A DNA stretch of 32,000 nucleotides from Candidatus Saccharimonadota bacterium (GTDB lineage: Bacteria > Patescibacteriota > Gracilibacteria > UBA4473): assembly GCA_965228485.1 (NCBI GenBank), contig OZ245819.1, positions 900,001-932,000 on the forward strand, read 5' to 3'. Under the pieces are notes generated by a model that was given only the letters and a program-made list of their open reading frames with translations, had not been told where the DNA came from and made no database searches. This document shows positions 26,317 through 32,000 of the stretch, in pieces (within the stretch, counting starts at the first letter, position 1; every line of letters starts with the position of its first letter). A program made the translations under genes and the position numbers.

Positions 26317-26419
26317 GGGAGGAATTCAATTTTCTCTGAATCTCGGACTAAGTTTGGAATAATATAGAGAAATAACAAAGAATCTTTTAAAACCTTGATA
26401 GATCTGAGAACAGAATTAT

Positions 26420-26448
26420 TTGCTCAATCTCATTTTTGGGCATATGAT
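26420..26448 (+). promoter_or_regulatory. Promoter: TTGCTC, 17-nt spacer, TATGAT, 6 nt before the ATG at 26455 (leaderless geometry)
   Basis: -35 at 26420-26425 and -10 at 26443-26448. Confidence 0.45.
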
Positions 26449-26454
26449 TGTCTT

Positions 26455-26826
26455 ATGAATAGACCAAAAACGGTAATAGTCTTGAGTGTTCTCTTTTTTC
26501 TGTATTTTCTTTATTTGTTATTTCAAGTGGTTAATTATGTTTTAGCATTTGGGGTATTTGAGCTTTTTGGCGCGGGAATTTTTGGACTTCTTATCACCGC
26601 TATGGTTGGCTTGCTGTGTTTTGGGCTTTGGTTCTTGAAAAGTTGGCTTCCTAAAGTTCTTTATTTAACAACATTGGTTGTTGTAGGAAGAACTATTTTT
26701 ATTTCACTCTTTAACGAAGACGTACCCTTTTACTTTTCCCTGGCTATAATATTGGTTTTGCACTCTGTTTATTTCTTTGCAATATTTTACGTCCATAAAA
26801 ACAAGAATTTATTTGTTAATCGCTAA
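26455..26826 (+). CDS. Hypothetical small membrane protein (123 aa, about 4 TM)
   Basis: Hydrophobic ORF. The ATG at 26455 is preferred over the TTG at 26395 because of the promoter geometry. Confidence 0.5.
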   Translation: MNRPKTVIVLSVLFFLYFLYLLFQVVNYVLAFGVFELFGAGIFGLLITAMVGLLCFGLWFLKSWLPKVLYLTTLVVVGRTIFISLFNEDVPFYFSLAIILVLHSVYFFAIFYVHKNKNLFVNR

Positions 26827-26827
26827 A

Positions 26828-26857
26828 GAAAAAAACTGAAGTTTCCTTCAGTCTTTT
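26828..26857. terminator. Bidirectional terminator hairpin ACTGAAG-(TTTC)-CTTCAGT
   Basis: Stem at 26835-26841 / 26846-26852. An A-run lies upstream and CTTTT downstream on the plus strand. On the minus strand the hairpin is followed by TTTTTTTCTTT, so it would terminate rnpB. Confidence 0.65.
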
Positions 26858-27228
26858 AGTACTCTTTTTCTGATAAGCCGAGTTCTGTTTTTCAGGCAAA
26901 ATTTATCTGGGATTACCATTGCTGATAACCTCAAGCAACTGGACCAAAATGAGATCAAAACTTGAATACGAAGCTTCCAAATTTTGGACCACCAGTCTTG
27001 CTACCGTTTGGGTTTACCCGATTTCAAGCCTTGCGACTTGAGCCTCCTGACTTTCAGGACTTTTCACCAGTTTCCTCACATAAGTGAGGCGCTGTATTGT
27101 TTCTGTGGCACTTTCCCTCACCAGACATTGCTGAATGATGGATCGGCTGTTAGCCGTAAACGTGTATTCGTGTAGCTCGGACTTTCCTCCACTAGTTTGT
27201 ACTAGCAGTATTGCCTCTCAAAAGAGCC
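26858..27228 (-). ncRNA. rnpB: RNase P RNA (bacterial)
   Basis: The minus strand carries GGAGGAAAGUCCGAGCUACAC (P4 5' strand, rc of 27172-27192) and ACAGAACUCGGCUUAUCAG (P4 3' strand, rc of 26872-26890). It also has AGGGAAAGUGCCACAGAAA, GGGUAAACCC and AGAUAAAU. P1 pairs CUCUUUU with AAAAGAG. Ends are approximate. Confidence 0.85.
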
Positions 27229-27233
27229 ATTGC

Positions 27234-27262
27234 GTTTTATCTAAAAAAGCATTAAAAGTAAA
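27234..27262 (-). promoter_or_regulatory. Putative rnpB promoter: TTTACT, 17-nt spacer, TAAAAC (minus strand)
   Basis: -35 at 27262-27257 and -10 at 27239-27234. The predicted TSS near 27227-27228 coincides with the start of the P1 helix. Confidence 0.4.
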
Positions 27263-27268
27263 GCCCAC

Positions 27269-28930
27269 ATGAACGATAGATTTGTAGAGGACGTAAAATC
27301 GAGAGTCGACTTGGTCGAGATTGTTCGTAAATACACAGAGGTTAAAAAGTCTGGTAAGAATTTTATGTGCCGAAGTCCTTTTAGAAACGAAAGAACTCCG
27401 AGTTTTTCTATTAGTTCAGAAAAACAAATGTGGTATGACTTTGGAGCGAGTGAAGGAGGAGATGCCATTTCTTTTATAGAAAAAATTGAAAATTGTTCTT
27501 TCAGGGAAGCGGTGGAAATGCTCGCTGATATGGCGGGGGTTGAGATCCCAAAAGATTTTGGAGAAGAAAAAGGACCCACAAAAGCATTTAAGCAAGATAT
27601 TTTTTCACTGCATGAAGCGGCTGTTGAGTACTTTGAGAAGTCGCTTTCCCAGGATAAAAAAGCTCAAAAATATGCTCATAGTCGAGGATTAACGAATGAT
27701 ATTTTAAAAGATTGGCATATTGGTTATGGAGGAAATGCAAAAGATGGTCTTACCAAGTACTTACTTGAGAAAGGATTTGCTACAGATTTGATTTCTCAAT
27801 CAGGGGTGGCTTTTGAGCGATCGTTTGGAGATAAAGCCATGATGGATCGTTTTTGGGGGAGGCTTATGATCCCTATTGCCGAACCTCGAAATGGGCAGAT
27901 TATTGCTTTTTCTGGGCGTGATATCCTCGATAGGGAAAAAGTTGGGAAGTATGTAAACTCGCCTGAAAATCCAGTTTATCATAAATCTTCTACTCTCTTT
28001 GGTTTGGATCGGGCACGAAATGCGATTCGAGAACAAGAGGCCGTAATTTTGGTCGAAGGTAATTTGGATGTAGTTTTTGCTCATGCTCGAGGGTTTGAGC
28101 AGACGGTCGCTACTTGTGGAACGGCTTTGACGGAAGATCATTTAAGAATTCTACGACGCTTTACTTCTAATTTTTATCTGGCTTTTGATAACGATCTGGC
28201 TGGTAAAAAAGCAACGCTGAAAGCGGTAGAAATGCTGCTTAAAATGGAGCTGAATCCTTTTGTGATTAGTTTGGAGGGGGTTAAGGATTTAGGAGAATTT
28301 TTGAGTGATCCAAAAAATACAGATGCCATGACTCAGATTGTTGATTCTGCCCCTTCGGCGCTGTCGTTTTTTCTTGATCGATTTTCAGCTAAAAATCTAA
28401 ATGGTTCGATTGAGGGGGAGAAGAAATTTTTAGACAGTTTTTTCTACTTTTTGAAGTTAGTTGAGAGACCTGTTGAAGTAGATGAATATTTGAAACAAGT
28501 AGCCGAGAAAGTTGGAAGGAGTAAATCGATTATTGAGGCTGAATTTGAAAAATTTTCGGCTAAAAAGATTGATTATGATAAGCCTAAATTTGTGGAAGAA
28601 ACTAAGGTTCAGTTTACACGTGAACAGAATTTTATGGGATTTTTATGTGCTTATTGGGATCAGCTTTCCGCTAAAATTGATGATGAAGTAATTGAATTAT
28701 TTCAAGATGAAAATTTACAAAAGGCTTTGAAAAGTAAACTTGATGGCAAGGATTTGGATTCTCCTTTGAAATCAGATATTTTGGCCTGGCAACTCTGGCA
28801 AGAAAATTTATTTGAAGAAGACCCAGACAGTAAAACTTTAGTGCTTAGTTTTGATCAATATGTGAGTATTTTAAAAGTCGAGAAACTCAAGGCGGAGCGA
28901 TTAGCAGCGGCCAAGAATATTGGAGTTTAA
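27269..28930 (+). CDS. dnaG: DNA primase DnaG (zinc-binding motif degenerate)
   Basis: KNFMCRSPFRNERTPSFSIS...WYDFGASEGGDAISF aligns to the DnaG zinc-ribbon region. RNA polymerase core and TOPRIM motifs are present (LVEGNLDV, AFDNDLAGKKA). Confidence 0.9.
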   Translation: MNDRFVEDVKSRVDLVEIVRKYTEVKKSGKNFMCRSPFRNERTPSFSISSEKQMWYDFGASEGGDAISFIEKIENCSFREAVEMLADMAGVEIPKDFGEEKGPTKAFKQDIFSLHEAAVEYFEKSLSQDKKAQKYAHSRGLTNDILKDWHIGYGGNAKDGLTKYLLEKGFATDLISQSGVAFERSFGDKAMMDRFWGRLMIPIAEPRNGQIIAFSGRDILDREKVGKYVNSPENPVYHKSSTLFGLDRARNAIREQEAVILVEGNLDVVFAHARGFEQTVATCGTALTEDHLRILRRFTSNFYLAFDNDLAGKKATLKAVEMLLKMELNPFVISLEGVKDLGEFLSDPKNTDAMTQIVDSAPSALSFFLDRFSAKNLNGSIEGEKKFLDSFFYFLKLVERPVEVDEYLKQVAEKVGRSKSIIEAEFEKFSAKKIDYDKPKFVEETKVQFTREQNFMGFLCAYWDQLSAKIDDEVIELFQDENLQKALKSKLDGKDLDSPLKSDILAWQLWQENLFEEDPDSKTLVLSFDQYVSILKVEKLKAERLAAAKNIGV

Positions 28931-28942
28931 CACCATTTTAAA

Positions 28943-28970
28943 ATTCTCGCTTGTCGAGAATCTGTTTTTT
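28943..28970 (+). terminator. Rho-independent terminator after dnaG
   Basis: ATTCTCG-(CTTGT)-CGAGAAT followed by CTGTTTTTT. Confidence 0.7.
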
Positions 28971-29021
28971 ACTCTTTTACGAGCAGACTCTGGGCAAGCC
29001 AGAGATTTAGTAGAAGAAGTT

Positions 29022-29049
29022 TTTACAAGGCAACTTTAAGGAATATTAT
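29022..29049 (+). promoter_or_regulatory. Promoter: TTTACA, 16-nt spacer, TATTAT, 7 nt before the smpB ATG (leaderless geometry)
   Basis: -35 at 29022-29027 and -10 at 29044-29049. ATG at 29057. Confidence 0.45.
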
Positions 29050-29056
29050 CGATGGG

Positions 29057-29497
29057 ATGATTCTTGCTGATAATCGAAAGGTACGGTTTGATTATGAAAT
29101 TCAGGATACCCTGGAAGCTGGAGTTGTGCTCGAAGGCTGGGAAGTGAAATCTTTACGCGCTGGTAATGCCAATATTAAGGGGGGGTGGATAAAGATTATT
29201 AATGGTCAGGCTTTTTTGGTAAATACAAAGATTTCGGCCTGGAGATTTGGAGATACTGCCAATCAAGAAACAACTAGGGATAGAAAATTGCTTTTACACA
29301 AAAAAGAAATCTTGAAGTTAGAGCAGCAGGTTTTAGAGAAAAAAGTCGCTCTTGTTCCCTATAAGCTTTATCTTTCCAAAGGAAAGGTAAAATGTGAAAT
29401 TGTTATTGGGAAAGGGCGAAAAAGACATGAAAAGAAACAAGTATTAAAAGAAAGAGATCTAAATCGAGAAGCCAAACAAGCGATGAAGCAATATTGA
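29057..29497 (+). CDS. smpB: SsrA-binding protein SmpB
   Basis: NRKVRFDYEIQDTLEAGVVLEGWEVKSLR and RDRKLLLHKKEI signatures, with a basic C-terminal tail. Confidence 0.9.
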   Translation: MILADNRKVRFDYEIQDTLEAGVVLEGWEVKSLRAGNANIKGGWIKIINGQAFLVNTKISAWRFGDTANQETTRDRKLLLHKKEILKLEQQVLEKKVALVPYKLYLSKGKVKCEIVIGKGRKRHEKKQVLKERDLNREAKQAMKQY

Positions 29498-29551
29498 GAT
29501 TGAAAACTTTTTTATACTATGGCAGATTAGAAGTGATTTTAATTTTTTACT

Positions 29552-29992
29552 ATGAGTGATTTTGTGCCAGTTCGGGATTTAAGTTCTATTTTAGCGACTA
29601 ATTATGTGCTTTATACTAAAACGCAGAACTTTCATTGGAATGTTGTGGGACCTTATTTCCACACGCTTCATGAAATGTTTGAAGAACAATATACAGAATT
29701 GGCAGAATCCAATGATGTGATTGCTGAAAGAATTCGTTCTTTGGGGGCGTTTGCTCCAGGAACACATGTTGAGTTTAATGAACTTTCTCTCATTAAGGAG
29801 CAGCCAAATCAGATTTCAGCGGAGGCTATGGTTGGAGAGCTCTTGTCTGACCATGAAACGCTTATTGAACGTTTGAAGGTATTGATTCCTCTTTATGCAG
29901 AATCAGGAGATGATGGAACGGCAGACTTACTAACTTCTCGTTGTGAATCTCATCAAAAAATAGCCTGGATGCTTAGAAGTTTCTTGGGATAG
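29552..29992 (+). CDS. dps: Dps family DNA-protection/ferritin-like protein
   Basis: NYVLYTKTQNFHWNVVGPYFHTLHEMFEEQY...DVIAERIRSLG is a ferroxidase-site signature. Confidence 0.85.
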   Translation: MSDFVPVRDLSSILATNYVLYTKTQNFHWNVVGPYFHTLHEMFEEQYTELAESNDVIAERIRSLGAFAPGTHVEFNELSLIKEQPNQISAEAMVGELLSDHETLIERLKVLIPLYAESGDDGTADLLTSRCESHQKIAWMLRSFLG

Positions 29993-29996
29993 GTTT

Positions 29997-30467
29997 TTAG
30001 ATTGGATCACTATTTTTTTTGTGTCCGTCATATTTAACTTCCCAAGGAAAATCAATCCAGGTATCGTAATTTAATATATCTCCAACATAGGTAAGTGTAT
30101 GATCTGGCCAGCGTGCAAAGGTTGCGGCGGTATCTATGGTGTGGTAGAGTTTTTGGACGTATTTTATCGTTTCGCCCGAATCAAAAATATCATCTATGAG
30201 CAAGCATTTTTCAGGATTGATGACATCGTTTGAAAATCCCTCAACCGTGACATGATGAATATTCCCCGCTTTTTGGTCTGTGTAACTTGAAAGATTGATG
30301 GTTTCTACGGGAATATTTAGTTTTTTGGCAATAAAGTAAGCAGGAAATAGTCCTCCTCTAGTAATGGCAAGAATAAAGTCGTATTGCTTCCCAGTCGTCT
30401 GGATTTGATTGATCAATTTATCATTTGTCTGATAAAAATCCGTCCACGTAATGAGCTTATTTGCCAT
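29997..30467 (-). CDS. gpt: Xanthine-guanine phosphoribosyltransferase-like PRTase
   Basis: Collinear with Gpt: ITWTDF, ILAITRGGLFPAYFIAKKL, INLSSY, PRPP loop LLIDDIFDSGETI, and C-terminal DTWIDFPWE. Confidence 0.75.
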   Translation of the reverse strand: MANKLITWTDFYQTNDKLINQIQTTGKQYDFILAITRGGLFPAYFIAKKLNIPVETINLSSYTDQKAGNIHHVTVEGFSNDVINPEKCLLIDDIFDSGETIKYVQKLYHTIDTAATFARWPDHTLTYVGDILNYDTWIDFPWEVKYDGHKKNSDPI

Positions 30468-30504
30468 GGTACTCTTTAATAGTTCTTGAACAGCATAAAA
30501 AAAT

Positions 30505-30532
30505 TTGCGAATTTATAAATTTTTTCTATATT
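30505..30532 (+). promoter_or_regulatory. Promoter: TTGCGA, 16-nt spacer, TATATT, upstream of tRNA-Asn
   Basis: -35 at 30505-30510 and -10 at 30527-30532. The tRNA 5' end is at 30553. Confidence 0.5.
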
Positions 30533-30552
30533 TGCTTGGCTCTTGCCAACGA

Positions 30553-30627
30553 TCCCGGGTAGCTCAGTGGTAGAGCAGTTGGCTGTTAACCAATTGGTCG
30601 TCGGTTCGAATCCGACCCCGGGAGCCA
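30553..30627 (+). tRNA. tRNA-Asn (anticodon GTT), CCA encoded
   Basis: Hand-folded cloverleaf: acceptor TCCCGGG/CCCGGGA, D arm GCTC-AGTGGTA-GAGC, anticodon arm GTTGG-CTGTTAA-CCAAT, variable loop TGGTC, T arm GTCGG-TTCGAAT-CCGAC, discriminator G, CCA. Confidence 0.9.
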
Positions 30628-32000
30628 GATTTAAGATTTATAGAAGAGGTGGCATTGTTGCCACTTTTTTTATTTTTAGCAATGTCTGATTTTATTATAC
30701 TAGCAAAGGGTTCTCTCCATACTACCTCAACATGATCATCAAACATTTTCAGGTTCGAACAGAGGGATAAAAGCAGTGATTTTTTTGGTTCGAACTCAGT
30801 TTCTTCATTTAAGATTTCTTTTGCATCTCCCAAAACCTGAAGTCTTTGCCAAGCAATCTCAAATTTAGAAGTATGTGATTCTCGTAAGAGTCGAACTTTT
30901 TCCTGAGTTGATTCAAGCTCACTTTGACAACTTTCAATAGCAAACGAGATGTCTCTTGGTGATTCGTCACTACTGATCTTCTTTCGAGTAATCTTTCCAA
31001 GTTCTTCATCGAGCTTTGATTCTTTTTCTTTTAATTTTTGCAGTTCTTTTTTGAACTCTTTTTCTTCATCAAGCCAAAGCGTGTAAAGCTGACGAGTCAG
31101 AATTTGAAAAAGCTTTTCGGTTATATGCAATTTGGAAAGTTCGTTGTTAAGCCATGAGATAAAGTTTTCAAGCTTAACCGATTTTCGATTACTTCTGCTG
31201 TGATAAATCCGTTTTATCTCACTACATTTTGTATTTTGATTAACCGCGGTATTACATTTAGAACAAACAGTATTACCATCATAAAATCGATGTTTACACT
31301 TTGAACAAGTGAGTCTCTTTCGGTTATCATAAACAATCGGACTTGGTATTGTTTCACCATTCGCATTCGTAAAAGTATCTGTACCGCTCACAGTAATTCC
31401 TTTGATTAAACTTCCTAGGTCGTAAGATCTTTCTATTTTGGCGTGTACATACCCCATTCTTTGAAGTATTGCCTGCGCCTCCCAAAATTCCTCCTCAGTC
31501 ACCATTGCAGGGTGACTTCCTTCTGTCCAGATCTCCTTTCTTGCTTCGTCATAGCCATTTTTTATTTTTCCTGTGTAATACTGGCTGGAAAACATAGACC
31601 GAATAGTAGAGCTGGTGACATTTCGTACTTCTTTATTCCACAAATGTTTTAAGCCTTGATTGCGAGCATAAGAGTAAATTTGTTCGAGTTTGTATGTTTC
31701 AGAAAGAAGCATGTCCCAGAGTTCACGACATATTGAGTAATTTGGCTCATCTTTTTCAACCCATTTCTCTCCCTTATTTTCTCCTTCGTTTTTGTATCCG
31801 ATAGGGGCTTTCCCGCCAGTTCCTCCTTTTGATCTCTTATTTCTAAGTCCTGATTTTGTATTCTCTGATCTTTGGTCATTATCGAATTTAGCTACTGCTA
31901 AAAATAGGTTTAAAGTGAATTTATCGGCTGGTGTGTTTTTGAAAGACTTATCTAAAGTTCTTATCTCAGAGAGATGTGTGTTTCCATATTTGTCTATGGG
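30564..32000 (-). CDS. Large serine recombinase (5'-partial; frame stays open to the window end)
   Basis: My translation of the frame upstream of the tracked ATG (31712) has no stop up to 32000. It reads ...FTLNLFLAVAKFDNDQRSENTKSGLRNKRSKGGTGGKAPIGY..., the end of a resolvase catalytic domain. This is followed by a recombinase domain, a zinc ribbon (CSKCKH...CSKCN) and a coiled coil. Confidence 0.85.
   Translation of the reverse strand, partial: PIDKYGNTHLSEIRTLDKSFKNTPADKFTLNLFLAVAKFDNDQRSENTKSGLRNKRSKGGTGGKAPIGYKNEGENKGEKWVEKDEPNYSICRELWDMLLSETYKLEQIYSYARNQGLKHLWNKEVRNVTSSTIRSMFSSQYYTGKIKNGYDEARKEIWTEGSHPAMVTEEEFWEAQAILQRMGYVHAKIERSYDLGSLIKGITVSGTDTFTNANGETIPSPIVYDNRKRLTCSKCKHRFYDGNTVCSKCNTAVNQNTKCSEIKRIYHSRSNRKSVKLENFISWLNNELSKLHITEKLFQILTRQLYTLWLDEEKEFKKELQKLKEKESKLDEELGKITRKKISSDESPRDISFAIESCQSELESTQEKVRLLRESHTSKFEIAWQRLQVLGDAKEILNEETEFEPKKSLLLSLCSNLKMFDDHVEVVWREPFASIIKSDIAKNKKSGNNATSSINLKSGSRGRIRTDDQLVNSQLLYH
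30628..32000. mobile_element. Probable end of an integrated element (prophage/ICE-like) inserted next to tRNA-Asn; extends beyond the window
   Basis: A large serine recombinase gene abuts the 3' end of a tRNA gene. No att repeat is identifiable within the window. Confidence 0.4.
30649..30677 (+). terminator. Rho-independent terminator after tRNA-Asn
   Basis: GTGGCA-(TTGT)-TGCCAC followed by TTTTTTTATTTTT. Confidence 0.65.

Noticed and set aside
26984-27175. 63-aa plus-strand ORF from the ORF track
   Set aside because: It lies entirely inside the RNase P RNA gene on the opposite strand. It has no SD or promoter and no protein-like features.
27241-27579. 112-aa minus-strand ORF overlapping the dnaG 5' region
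   Set aside because: It is antisense to the well-supported dnaG N-terminus and overlaps the rnpB promoter. The composition is low-complexity, so this is most likely a shadow ORF.
28988-29004. Hairpin CTCTGG-(GCAAG)-CCAGAG
   Set aside because: It has a 6-bp stem with no following T-tract and lies between a clear terminator and a promoter. There is too little evidence to call a functional element.
28931-29056. Looked for tmRNA (ssrA) next to smpB
   Set aside because: Only 126 nt are available. There is no tRNA-like acceptor/T-arm and no GGGG...UCCACCA ends. The region is explained by a terminator, a small hairpin and the smpB promoter.
31649-31879. 76-aa minus-strand ORF (MTKDQRIQNQ...)
   Set aside because: It is an alternative frame of the serine recombinase gene. 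The recombinase frame stays open through this region and encodes recognisable resolvase-domain sequence.
1-32000. CRISPR arrays, tandem repeat arrays, rRNA genes
   Set aside because: No regularly spaced direct repeats and no rRNA-like conserved blocks were seen on reading the intergenic regions. All gaps longer than 100 nt are accounted for above.

Overview
This looks like a chromosomal segment of a low-GC, gene-dense bacterium using the standard genetic code. For example, the REase gene ends at a TGA with full-length homology. Most of the window is housekeeping: ruvC, murJ, an RluD-like pseudouridine synthase, alaS, jag/khpB, an M24 peptidase, dprA, PMM/PGM, a beta-CASP RNase, pyrF, fusA, rmlD, rnpB, dnaG, smpB, dps, gpt and tRNA-Asn. 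These genes are scattered rather than sitting in classical operons. Tail-to-tail genes frequently overlap at their 3' ends (8032-8048, 14224-14249, 17261-17264, 25457-25460, and 107 bp at 3431-3537). The compact AlaRS, the DUF4012-like and lamin-tail-domain surface proteins and the many unknown membrane proteins suggest a reduced-genome (CPR/Patescibacteria-like) organism, but that is inference only.

Two accessory elements sit at the window edges. On the left is an AT-rich M-then-R cassette (C5-MTase plus HpaII-like REase) joined to ruvC by an ATGA overlap. On the right is a large serine recombinase, 5'-partial at the window end, that abuts tRNA-Asn and reads antisense through it.

One RNA gene is missed by the ORF track: RNase P RNA on the minus strand at about 26858-27228.

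I found no complete, clearly novel multi-gene system. The candidates most worth a second look are:
- a 522-aa protein with a SpoT/Mesh1-like HD module fused to an unknown N-terminal domain
- a DnaG whose four zinc ligands are all substituted
- a beta-CASP RNase translationally coupled to an unknown 119-aa protein
- a recurrent leaderless promoter architecture
- the tRNA/recombinase junction

No CRISPR array or tandem-repeat array was seen.
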